Assembly: GCA_964407825.1 (NCBI GenBank)
Contig: CAYOXD010000001.1
Span: 46,032-110,031, forward strand
Direction of reading: 5' to 3'
From: an uncultured Desulfobacterales bacterium
GTDB lineage: Bacteria > Desulfobacterota > Desulfobacteria > Desulfobacterales > JAFDDL01
DNA length: 64,000 nucleotides
This document shows, piece by piece, positions 36,928-45,495 of this stretch. The notes beneath the pieces were generated by a model. It was given only the letters and a program-made list of their open reading frames with translations. It was not told where the DNA came from and ran no database searches. Each line of letters starts with the position of its first letter. Positions within the stretch are counted from its first letter, which is position 1. Position numbers and translations under genes: made by a program.

Positions 36928-38178
36928 ATGGCAGACGATCTCAAACAGATGTACCGGACCATCATGGATGATCATTTCCCTCCCCGCATGGAGATCAGCT
37001 TTGTGGATGGGGATACCCGCCAGACGCTGGTTTACGAAAAGGTGTCTTGGACCATCGAGGGAATCCGCAAGGGACTTCGCTACGGCGAAAACCCCGGTCA
37101 GGAAGCGGCCCTATTCCGCCTCATCAACGGCAACCTGACCCTGGGCCAGGTGCAAACCCTCCATCCCGGTCAGTATCTCGTCTCCGACATCGAGCTGTTG
37201 CAGTCCGGGAAACATCCGGGCAAAACCAACCTCACGGATGCGGACAATGCATTGAATATCCTTCGCTATTTTCCGGACGAGCCAACGGCGGTGATCGTCA
37301 AGCACAACAACCCCTGCGGCGTTGCCAGAGCCGCAACACTGGCCGACGCCTACGAAAAGGCTTACATGGCAGACCGGGTGGCGGCCTTCGGCGGCTGCAT
37401 TGCCCTCAACCGGGCGGTGGACAGGACAACGGCCGAGGGAATCTGCGGCCAGTATGCCGAAGTGGTCGTAGCACCAGATTTCGACCCGGGCGTCATGGAT
37501 CTGTTCGCTCAAAAGAGGAACCTGCGGGTTATTCGCATTGACAACATCCGCCGGCTCCAGGACTTCGTCGGCCGGAACTACGTGGATATGAAAAGCCTCA
37601 TCGACGGCGGCATCATCATCCAATGGCCCTTCACGGCCCGGGCCCGCAGCCAGGCAGACCTGGCCCTTGCCGCTTGCGAGCACAGGGGCAAATCCTACCA
37701 GATCCAGCGTCCGCCCACGGAGAAGGAATACCGGGACATGCTCTTCGGATGGCTGGTGGAGGCGGGCGTTACCTCCAACTCCGTGATTTATGTCAAGGAT
37801 GGCGTCACCGTGGGCATCGGGACGGGTGAGCAGGACCGTGTGGGGGTGGCGGAGATCGCCCGGGACAAAGCCTACCGCAAACTCGCGGACCGATACTGCT
37901 ATCAGCTGCACGGCATTCCTTACAACGATCTGACGGATCCCGAAAAAAAGGCCGAAATCGATACCCGGGTGGCCAACGAGAGAGGCGGGTTGATCGATTC
38001 GGCCATGGTCAGCGACGCTTTTTTCCCATTCAGGGACGGGGTGGATGTGGGGCTGCGTGAAGGCGTTTCAGCCGTGATTCAACCCGGTGGGTCAGGCAAC
38101 GATTATCAATCCATCGAGGCTTGCAACGAATCCGGAGCCACCATGGTATTCACGGGTCAGCGGAGCTTCAAGCACTAG
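36928..38178 (+). CDS. purH: AICAR formyltransferase (PurH C-terminal domain) as a stand-alone gene
   Basis: LRYGENPGQ and VKHNNPCGVA motifs. Own AGGAG SD 6 nt upstream. Different reading frame from the cyclohydrolase gene, with a 20-nt gap. Confidence 0.85.
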   Translation: MADDLKQMYRTIMDDHFPPRMEISFVDGDTRQTLVYEKVSWTIEGIRKGLRYGENPGQEAALFRLINGNLTLGQVQTLHPGQYLVSDIELLQSGKHPGKTNLTDADNALNILRYFPDEPTAVIVKHNNPCGVARAATLADAYEKAYMADRVAAFGGCIALNRAVDRTTAEGICGQYAEVVVAPDFDPGVMDLFAQKRNLRVIRIDNIRRLQDFVGRNYVDMKSLIDGGIIIQWPFTARARSQADLALAACEHRGKSYQIQRPPTEKEYRDMLFGWLVEAGVTSNSVIYVKDGVTVGIGTGEQDRVGVAEIARDKAYRKLADRYCYQLHGIPYNDLTDPEKKAEIDTRVANERGGLIDSAMVSDAFFPFRDGVDVGLREGVSAVIQPGGSGNDYQSIEACNESGATMVFTGQRSFKH

Positions 38179-38437
38179 GGCGCCCCCTGCCGGCCTCCAG
38201 ATTCGCGGCGAGGTAATCCAGTCCCTTCAGGAGCAACTCCCGGTAATCCGAGAGTGCTTTTCGGGCGTCGAGGGCCCACTCGTTATAGTTATTCTTCAAT
38301 TTCATGTTTTCTTCATGATCGGGCCGCTGGATGGACAGCTCCAGAAGCTTCTCGTTCTGGTGTTGAAACGTTTCGAGATTGCTGAATGCCGTTTCAAAGT
38401 ATTTCCGGCTCATGGCAAAGAGGTTTTCCGTTTCCAT
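38168..38437 (-). CDS. Small helical phasin-like protein, paralogue P1
   Basis: 89 aa, AAGGAG SD, 11 nt downstream of the PHA-synthase gene. Shares the block [EQ]W-x9-[DQ][YLF][RK]-x4-[KNE]G[LYF] with P2-P4. Confidence 0.5.
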   Translation of the reverse strand: METENLFAMSRKYFETAFSNLETFQHQNEKLLELSIQRPDHEENMKLKNNYNEWALDARKALSDYRELLLKGLDYLAANLEAGRGRPSA

Positions 38438-38448
38438 GGTGACACTCC

Positions 38449-39987
38449 TTATTCCTTGGTATAATTTTCGAGGTCCAGTTGAAACCGCACAGGGCCGCGA
38501 CTCTTGTCCGCGAAGGTTTTATGAAGGGCGTAGGCAGTGGCCGGATGCGACCAAGAGGTGGCAATGGCCGCATGCCCCTTTGGAAATGCCGTCACCTCCG
38601 CCGCAATGTAATCGAGGGGTGCCAGCACCGCGGGCCTATCCACCAGATCGTCTTTTTCCGCATAGCAGATCAGGAATTTGATCCCCTTCTCCGCGATGCG
38701 GTGAAAGTTCAGGTCCCGACCGAACAGCTTTACCGGTAGGGTACCGTCTCGCTCCACCGGCCGATGATAGGATTCAAAACTCAAACGGGTCACGGATACG
38801 GGCAGGTCCGTCCGATCATAGGCCAGCCAGTGGTTAATGGCCAGCGCCGTATCCCCAACGGGACTCCGATCCTCGGCCAGACGTTCCAGCATGGCCAGAT
38901 CCCTGAAGAAGGCAAAGACCGGGGCCTCCTTTTCGATGCTCTTCAACTTGTAGACCCAGCTCATAAGCTTTCCGTCAACCACGTGGTTTCCATTGTCCAG
39001 GCGCTTTATGGCATACCGCAGGTCCTGGAATCGTTTGGGCAGCATCGACAAATATTCCACAAGGGACTTGCTCCGGGAGCCATCCAGCGGGGCCACGCAG
39101 GTGATCAGCGCATCCACGAAGCCGTCCAGCTCTCCCGAGAGGACAGCAATCGTGGCGGTGAATCCGCCCTGGCAATAGCCGTTCAAGGTAACCGGCCTTT
39201 CGTGGATCTCCCTCAGCTTCCGGCAGAAATGCCTCAAATCGAGGCAATCGTCCTCTCCGGTCATGACCTGAACGGCCGGTGAGGTATCGATAGCCTTTAC
39301 GATGCGAATATAGGTGGGAATGCCCTGGTTCGCGAAGGCATGCACATAGCTGCGATCTTCCCCGGGAAGGAAACACAGGATATTGGCACCCAGAACATAG
39401 GGGGGAATGATGAGAACCGGTTTCCCGTCCATCCGGGGAGAAATCTTCCGGTCATATGGCAACACCCGGTAGAGGGCGAATCGCTCCGTCTCAGCGATCC
39501 TCTCAAACCGCTCATCCTCCAAGTGGAACCCGAACTTTTCGCCGATGGATTTGATCCTGTCGGGGTATTCATGGGCGATTCTGTTAAAAAGGGCGCGTTG
39601 GCCAGCCCAAAAAGCTTCTGCCTCCCCCTCCCCCTGGCAGGTCAGATCCCCGTTCCATGCCTTGCAGGCCGTCTTCATCTGCCGAAGCTGAAAGTCCATC
39701 AGGGACGAAAGGCTGCTGCGTAAGCCCCGCTGAGCCATCTGCAGGTTCATGTTCATCAGGGCCAGGTAGTCATTCAGGGTATCCAGGGGATCGGCCTGAA
39801 ACAGCTTCCGGCTTTCCGTCTCGACGAAGGATTGCATCGCCACCCAGGAGGGCTCAATAAAATCGGATAGATATCTGGATATGCCATGGGCGTACGATTG
39901 GTTTAGATGCATCTGATGAAGCAGCATCCGGGGCATATCGATTTTTAAATGGGCCATATCCGTTTTGGAATAAGGATGATTTTCCAT
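38449..39987 (-). CDS. phaC: Poly(hydroxyalkanoate) synthase-like alpha/beta hydrolase (class III PhaC-like core with an N-terminal extension)
   Basis: Lipase-box variant with catalytic Cys, LNGYCQGGFTATIAV (G-x-C-x-G-G). The flanking sequence KPVLIIPPYVLGANILCFLPGEDRSYV parallels class III PhaC. No convincing SD at the annotated start. Confidence 0.65.
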   Translation of the reverse strand: MENHPYSKTDMAHLKIDMPRMLLHQMHLNQSYAHGISRYLSDFIEPSWVAMQSFVETESRKLFQADPLDTLNDYLALMNMNLQMAQRGLRSSLSSLMDFQLRQMKTACKAWNGDLTCQGEGEAEAFWAGQRALFNRIAHEYPDRIKSIGEKFGFHLEDERFERIAETERFALYRVLPYDRKISPRMDGKPVLIIPPYVLGANILCFLPGEDRSYVHAFANQGIPTYIRIVKAIDTSPAVQVMTGEDDCLDLRHFCRKLREIHERPVTLNGYCQGGFTATIAVLSGELDGFVDALITCVAPLDGSRSKSLVEYLSMLPKRFQDLRYAIKRLDNGNHVVDGKLMSWVYKLKSIEKEAPVFAFFRDLAMLERLAEDRSPVGDTALAINHWLAYDRTDLPVSVTRLSFESYHRPVERDGTLPVKLFGRDLNFHRIAEKGIKFLICYAEKDDLVDRPAVLAPLDYIAAEVTAFPKGHAAIATSWSHPATAYALHKTFADKSRGPVRFQLDLENYTKE

Positions 39988-40039
39988 TTCACATCACATT
40001 GGGGTGTCTGGCGCCGTGACCGGTCCCACGGGTAAGCAC

Positions 40040-40055
40040 CGCAGCCTTTTTGCCA
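40040..40055 (-). promoter_or_regulatory. Candidate sigma-54 promoter upstream of phaC (weaker match)
   Basis: The minus strand reads TGGCAAAaaggCTGCG, with correct GG-N10-GC spacing but a poor -12 flank. About 55 nt upstream of the ATG at 39987. Confidence 0.3.
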
Positions 40056-40068
40056 GGAATTGAAGAAG

Positions 40069-40095
40069 GCCGAGGCCCCCGGCCGGGGCCTCGGC
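40069..40095 (-). terminator. Intrinsic terminator/attenuator between phasin-like P2 and phaC
   Basis: GCCGAGGCCCC-cggcc-GGGGCCTCGGC (11-bp GC stem). On the minus strand it is followed by CTTCTTCAATT. Confidence 0.55.
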
Positions 40096-40126
40096 ATAAA
40101 CGCATCGTGAATCGCCACGATCTCGC

Positions 40127-40384
40127 TTACAGCGCAAACAGCTGCTGGACCGTTTGCAATCCCTTATCTGCTATCGCCTTGAGATCGCCACATCCCTTTT
40201 GGGTCAATTTCGACCACTGGGCCATGGTCTGTTTCGTCTCATTGGAGAAGCGAGCACCGCTGTCCAGCATCGTATCGATGGCCGCTTCCGTCTGCTCCTG
40301 CCCCTTGACCATGATATCCATGGTATTGTCAAAGAGCATTTTGTTTGCATCCATGATCTGCTTCATGATTGGTGTGGTTTCCAT
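40127..40384 (-). CDS. Small helical phasin-like protein, paralogue P2
   Basis: 85 aa, AGGAGGGAGG SD. Contains FDNTMDIMVKGQEQTE and QWSKLTQKGCGDLKAIADKGL, conserved with P1, P3 and P4. Confidence 0.5.
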   Translation of the reverse strand: METTPIMKQIMDANKMLFDNTMDIMVKGQEQTEAAIDTMLDSGARFSNETKQTMAQWSKLTQKGCGDLKAIADKGLQTVQQLFAL

Positions 40385-40400
40385 GATACCTCCCTCCTTG

Positions 40401-40751
40401 CTATTTCTCTTTGGTTTTTTCCTGTTTTTGCGGCTCTTTTTTCTCTGAGGCCATTTTCTCCTGCTTTTTCGCCTTTAACGGCTCGAGTCCGGAATCCTCC
40501 CCAAAAAGAGCGATAAGCTTTTCATAACCATTATCGACCGCTCTCTTGAAATCCTCCCGGCTCTTTCGGCACACCGCCGCCCACTGGGAGAATGCACCCT
40601 GGGCATCCTTTGTGGATCGATGCGACTGATCCCAGAGGCTTTCGACGATCTTTTCCGACTGGCTCTGAACCATGGTCATGGTATCGTAAGAATTGTCAAA
40701 AGAGGCTTTATGAAAATCCACAACCCGTTTTAACAGTGCCTTCTGTTCCAT
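40401..40751 (-). CDS. Small helical phasin-like protein, paralogue P3, with Lys/Glu-rich tail
   Basis: Start moved to MEQKALLKRV (GGAGGG SD 6 nt upstream; track start is 40775). Contains FDNSYDTMTMVQSQSE and QWAAVCRKSREDFKRAVDNGY. Confidence 0.5.
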   Translation of the reverse strand: MEQKALLKRVVDFHKASFDNSYDTMTMVQSQSEKIVESLWDQSHRSTKDAQGAFSQWAAVCRKSREDFKRAVDNGYEKLIALFGEDSGLEPLKAKKQEKMASEKKEPQKQEKTKEK

Positions 40752-40790
40752 TCTATCCCTCCTCTTTCCTTCCATCCTGGTATGCCGAAA

Positions 40791-41069
40791 TCATGTATTG
40801 TCTTCCCCATGTCCTGCCAAAAAGGACCGGGCATGTAGAAAGCCCTCCTCAACCCTTTCCCTGAATTGTTTCGATTCCCTTTGCATCAGCATCCGCCATT
40901 CGTTCAACAATAGTTTGATATCATCCGGTTGATCGGGTTCCAACGCCATCAGGTTCTCTGAGATCCTTTCCACCTGCATCTGCATCTGCTCCATGATGCT
41001 GAAGGAATCGTCCAGTGCAATTTCCTGGATACTATCGATCTGCTTGTCCGAGGATAATGCCGTCATCAT
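40791..41069 (-). CDS. Small helical phasin-like protein, paralogue P4
   Basis: Start at MMTALSS (GGGGGAG SD). Contains EWRMLMQRESKQFRERVEEGF, matching the family block. Confidence 0.5.
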   Translation of the reverse strand: MMTALSSDKQIDSIQEIALDDSFSIMEQMQMQVERISENLMALEPDQPDDIKLLLNEWRMLMQRESKQFRERVEEGFLHARSFLAGHGEDNT

Positions 41070-41146
41070 TCGAACTCCCCCTGCCCGCGGCGCCACTATA
41101 TCGTTCCGTGCGAGTCAGCCCCTCGGTCATGGGCTCCTCGCTATGA

Positions 41147-41166
41147 TATTTAGAACTATTTAGAAC
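41147..41166. repeat. Perfect tandem 10-bp direct repeat in the phasin-cluster promoter region
   Basis: TATTTAGAAC TATTTAGAAC. On the minus strand it reads GTTCTAAATA x2, about 80-100 nt upstream of the P4 start. AT-rich surroundings. Confidence 0.85.
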
Positions 41167-41913
41167 AATATAATTAGCCTGGAGCAAAAAATAGGTTAAA
41201 CGTGTTTTAGCCCCCGCCCTGTTGGGGCCCCTTGCCGACTTCTTAAGTGGCATTATGAGGGCAACCGTATACTGGCTCTGCCCCTCCTGACCAATTCAGC
41301 CAGGAAGATGTCTCTGTGAAGAGCGCCCCGCACAAAGAGCGTTCAAGGCTCCACGATTACCTGCCGCCATCGGTCGTACGTGCGCCGAAAACCTACCGAA
41401 CGGTTGCATGATGGTGTCGCATGGCGATGGTTGGTCCGGTTTATGTCGAAAAACGCGCCTCTCGTGTCCAACGCTTCAATAAGGATGTAATATCCCTTCG
41501 ATGCACGGGATGGACTCGGCGGAGGTCTCTTCCGCGTTCCTCTATGGGAGATGGAAACATTCGACGCAATCTGGACGGATCGCCTGAGCTCCCATCGGCT
41601 GGGATTGATTGAGAACCATATTCATCAAAACGACTCTACCATAGCGGTTGGAGAAAAAATATCCGTGCAAGTGCCTAATTTATGGTAGGCACTAATGCCC
41701 ACCTTTCACTCAGGCGCAAAATCCGGGGGAGCACATGGGAGAGGGGCTAAGAATCCGATCGAAATCCAACCCAAGCAGGGAAGGCACCCAATGCCTTTGC
41801 TCTGACAGGCGGGGTTCGGAAGGGGCCTCAAAAAAGGCTGCTGTACTTTCGGTATGAACCGCTTTTGAGCATTCTTCGTCCTGGCATCGGGTCTGACGAA
41901 ATTAGTAACGGGA

Positions 41914-42879
41914 TTAAGCGGCGGACCTGAAATCCCTATAATCGGGCAACTGGAAAATCGGGGCTTTCGCTGCCTCATACGAAGCATGAAATGGCCTAAC
42001 TTCGTCACCGCCCCAAAGCTCATCGTAGTGCTTCTGGAGGCACTCCAGGGTCTCTCGGCTCGCCTCGGAAAGCAATCGGGTTTTTTCCTGAAAGAAGTAT
42101 GCTATCCGCTCCAAGGTCCAGAAGCAGACGCGCCGGCTTTCCTCTGGGAGGGAGATACACGGGGACTTTTCCATAAAAAAAAACCGGTGGAGATTCTTCT
42201 CCTCCGGCATACATGCATAGGCCTCCTTCAGCCGCCTCTCAGCGTTTCCAAGATCCAGCCGATAGGCCAGGGCGGGGGCTTTGCGAACGTAATCATAGGC
42301 TCTCAGATCTCCGATACGATCGAACAGCAGCACATGCTCATAGAACCATTGATGCCTTGGATTGATGGTGATCACAAGATCATCCACCCCCAAATAATCG
42401 CGGCAATAGGTATGCATGAGCTTGTTGCCGAGCATCAAGACCGTTTGGTCCCCCTTGGGGATGCTCGAATGCATGGCTAAGGAGCCAACCTCGGCCACTT
42501 TCCGACCCTTGGCCCTCAATCCGTCCACCTTTGACTTGTAGATCGCATCCATGGGAAGCCCCAAGCTGCTGTCCTGGAAAACCGTCAGGGTAAACACCAC
42601 CGAATGGTTTCTCTTGCCGATAAAGGTCGTTGTCTCGGGCAGGGCGTTGCGAAGGGTCAGGCGCAACCCACTCTCCTGGCGCGTCATATATCCCTTTTGG
42701 ATATAGTTGTCATGCACCAGCCGGCAGGCGCTCTCAAGTTCCTCCTTCTTTTCCGCAATCTTGAACTTGAGTCCCTTGGCGCCGGTACGATCGATTTTAA
42801 TTCGGTTCCTCAATCTTATGGAAAAACTCTTTCGGCCCCTCCTGCGTTCCACATCCTCTCTCGCCTTAATCATTTCCAT
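41914..42879 (-). CDS. FeeM-like N-acyl amino acid synthase / LuxI-GNAT-related acyltransferase (candidate) with N- and C-terminal extensions
   Basis: LKFKIAEKKEELESACRLVHDNYIQKGYM resembles the N-terminus of FeeM/autoinducer-synthase-like acyltransferases. AGGA SD and a TATAAT box upstream. The call is by resemblance only. Confidence 0.4.
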   Translation of the reverse strand: MEMIKAREDVERRRGRKSFSIRLRNRIKIDRTGAKGLKFKIAEKKEELESACRLVHDNYIQKGYMTRQESGLRLTLRNALPETTTFIGKRNHSVVFTLTVFQDSSLGLPMDAIYKSKVDGLRAKGRKVAEVGSLAMHSSIPKGDQTVLMLGNKLMHTYCRDYLGVDDLVITINPRHQWFYEHVLLFDRIGDLRAYDYVRKAPALAYRLDLGNAERRLKEAYACMPEEKNLHRFFFMEKSPCISLPEESRRVCFWTLERIAYFFQEKTRLLSEASRETLECLQKHYDELWGGDEVRPFHASYEAAKAPIFQLPDYRDFRSAA

Positions 42880-43260
42880 TCACCATCATCCTTAATTATA
42901 TGGTCTGGTGCAACGGGTTGCGGGTCAGGCGCTCTGAACTCCTGCTCACTCCTGATGGACTCATCAGCCGCATCCTCGCCATAGGTCAAAGAGCGCTTTC
43001 TTTGATCTACGGGTTGGGGCGTGCAACTAACATACCACGGAGAGGCATGGGGCAAAATGTTTCGCACGAAGGGGTCTCATCCGGTCCATAGCGCCACAAC
43101 CATCTGTTATAAAACCCCTTTGGCCCATCCTCTCCCTGGATGGGCAAAAGCCGCCATGGCATGATCCACCTTTGCTGGGTTCAAGGACCAGCAAAAAATC
43201 AGCCCCAGCGCAGTCGGATGCCAACCTTCTGACATGCGAACTGTATGAAAATCCATTCAC

Positions 43261-43286
43261 AAAAACCCGCCTGCCTGCGGGTTTTC
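43261..43286. terminator. Bidirectional-type intrinsic terminator inside a gene-less gap
   Basis: AAAAACCCGC-ctgcct-GCGGGTTTT. The T-run on the plus strand is TTTT; on the minus strand it is TTTTTG. Confidence 0.6.
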
Positions 43287-43655
43287 GTAAAGGTATTCAT
43301 TTCATGGTCCCCACTTATGCAGGTAATACCCTACAAAATGGGCGCATGCATCGGCCACGGCTACCCCAGCTACAGTGTTGCCCTATGGTCATTCCCAAAA
43401 AAACGTATCACACACCGGGATGGGGGCTGATATTGGGAAAGAGGGAATAGGGGAATTGTCGCTTCCGGGATGTGGGAGCAAGGCCGAATGTCTGGTTCGG
43501 GCGAGGCGAATATGAGTGGCGGCAGCTCTGACAAGGCAATTCCTGGACATATCGCCTCTGTGGGCGGATCTGGGGGAAGACGGCAGCCCTGTGGGCAGCC
43601 GTGCCATGCGGATTCCCCAAAAAATTAAGGCGGTAAAGGGGATACTGGAGCCTTT

Positions 43656-43814
43656 TCAGGCAATGTGAAGATCCGGTTTCCCCTTGCGCCGGCGGATGAC
43701 TCTCACGCCGCTGATGATGCTTTTCACGGTCGGTTTTTTGTCTCTGTTCTGGTCGTCCTGCGAAAGCAGCTGATGCAGTTTTGCTTCAATTTCCTTGATT
43801 TTTTCTTGGTCCAT
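43656..43814 (-). CDS. Hypothetical 52-aa protein (below the ORF-track cutoff)
   Basis: MDQEKIKEIEAKLHQLLSQDDQNRDKKPTVKSIISGVRVIRRRKGKPDLHIA. Protein-like composition with a coiled N-terminus and basic C-terminus, but no clear SD. Confidence 0.25.
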   Translation of the reverse strand: MDQEKIKEIEAKLHQLLSQDDQNRDKKPTVKSIISGVRVIRRRKGKPDLHIA

Positions 43815-44126
43815 TACACAATTCTTAAAGTTTAATTAGTCCTTTAGGGCACCCTCCGCTGCTTCCATTTGCCGTTATGGGTCGCAAGTGGAACCTCGGG
43901 CTCTTCTAAAACATGCGAGGCATTCCCCATCCTCTCGCGGGGACTGAATTTCATGAAAAGAAACGCAAAAGGGATTTTATACCAAGTGGCGTTGATCGCT
44001 TTATGCGGAGGATAGCTTGCTGCTGATGGGCAACAAACTTTTCATTTAACAGTGCCTTTTATACCATCGATCCGGACTTTGCAAGGAAAAAATGTCATCA
44101 TCGCAAATAAGGTTGCAGTCAGCTCG

Positions 44127-44156
44127 GCTGGGGCGGTTAGGCGCCCCAGCGTTTTT
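44127..44156 (+). terminator. Strong plus-strand intrinsic terminator facing the 3' end of the minus-strand SDR gene
   Basis: GCTGGGGCG-gttagg-CGCCCCAGC then GTTTTT on the plus strand. On the minus strand there is no U-tract after the hairpin. Confidence 0.65.
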
Positions 44157-44185
44157 CAATACCGTCTTCCCGAATCGGAGAATCA

Positions 44186-44986
44186 TCAGCCCTTGGATCC
44201 CAGCCGAAGCCCCCCATGGATGAAGAAAACGTCACCGGCAATGGCCTCGTTCCGGTACAGCTCACCCACCAGGGAGGCAATTTCATCCGGCTCGATGAGC
44301 CGCTGAATGGGAACCTGCTCAAGAACTCGGTTCAGCGCTCTTTCAGGCATGTTTCTCACCATGGGGGTGTTCACATATCCTGGTGCGATGGCCACGCAAC
44401 GCAGCCAGTTTGAAACCCCCTGCCTGAAAAAGGCGGCCGTAAGCACTTTTGGAATCACTGACATGGCCGCCTTCGAGGAGGAGTAGTTGATCTGGCCTGC
44501 CGTTCCATAGGATCCGGTGGAGGATACCAGGCAGATAAGTCCGGTGCATCGATGGTTGATCATCCTCTCGGCGCATTCTCGAACGGTGAGAAAAACCCCG
44601 GTCAGGTTGATATCCATGACCGATTGGAATTGTTCAAGGCTCATCTTGTCCTTGACCTTGCCGGTGAGTTTGTCGAGGTACAGCATGTACCCATCCCTCA
44701 CAATGCCGGCAAAGGGGGCCAGCAGATTGATTTTTCCAAAGGTGTCGATGGCAAAATCCGCCAACGCCGCACAGTCCTTCTCACTCGTCACATTGCAGGG
44801 GAATGTCTTCAGCATCCCCGTTGGCGCGTCGATCTCGGAAAGCGCCGCTGTCAGCATGTCTTCCTTGACATCCGACAGAATGACCTTCCCGGCGTTCTTG
44901 ATCCAAAATTTCGCCAGCGCCGTTCCGATACCGCCCGCCCCGCCGGTAATGACCGCTACTGAATCCCTTATTTCCAGCATATGCAT
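44186..44986 (-). CDS. Short-chain dehydrogenase/reductase (FabG/PhaB-like 3-oxoacyl reductase family)
   Basis: VAVITGGAGGIGTALA (TGxxxGxG) and YSSSKAA (YxxxK). AAGGAGA SD. ATG at 44986; the track start at 44989 is a TTG. Confidence 0.85.
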   Translation of the reverse strand: MHMLEIRDSVAVITGGAGGIGTALAKFWIKNAGKVILSDVKEDMLTAALSEIDAPTGMLKTFPCNVTSEKDCAALADFAIDTFGKINLLAPFAGIVRDGYMLYLDKLTGKVKDKMSLEQFQSVMDINLTGVFLTVRECAERMINHRCTGLICLVSSTGSYGTAGQINYSSSKAAMSVIPKVLTAAFFRQGVSNWLRCVAIAPGYVNTPMVRNMPERALNRVLEQVPIQRLIEPDEIASLVGELYRNEAIAGDVFFIHGGLRLGSKG

Positions 44987-45495
44987 CAATCTCCTTATTT
45001 ATAGAGGGTGAAAGTTGCGTTGCCTGCCCCTTTGCGCCTTTTTCCCATGGTTAACCGCCGTCAAAACGGGGCCCATGGGGTTCAGGACGCTGTAAGATGC
45101 ATCAATGGCCGGTTTGCGTTTTTGCGTGTGAAGGGCAGGTCTTGGGCACTCTGAGGGCGCTTCGCCCCTTGAAGTCCCTATGAGCATAGCGACTTGATTA
45201 AAAATACGCAATTGGTACTTATGCCTATTTCGTCGATATAACGCTGGCTATAGCCTCCGGAGCGCTGGATCGAACGCCCCTTGCCGCGCAGGCAACCACA
45301 GGGGAGCGGTCTGCGGCATCATGAAGTGCAGGGGGCCCGGGCTTCCCGGGCCCCGTAGACAGGACTTGGCGAATCTCGGCCGGAAGATATCCGCAGGGCC
45401 CCCCGCCGATTCGGTTGCACCGTGCAAATTTTCAATGCCTCTCACCGGGAATTGCCGGAGGGGAGAGGCCCCTCGTTCCCGGCGTCAAGGCGAGG

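Noticed and set aside
41248-41263. Sigma-54-like sequence TGGCATtatgaGGGCA on the plus strand
   Set aside because: The spacing is correct, but the -12 element lacks the TTGC context, and there is no plus-strand gene downstream for more than 1 kb. Likely a chance match.
45332-45354. Perfect GC palindrome GGGGCCCGGG-ctt-CCCGGGCCCC between the 4-TM gene and the SDR gene
   Set aside because: The hairpin is real but has no U-tract on either strand and no second copy in the window. It may be a factor-dependent terminator or simply a GC-rich palindrome. Not enough evidence to call a feature.
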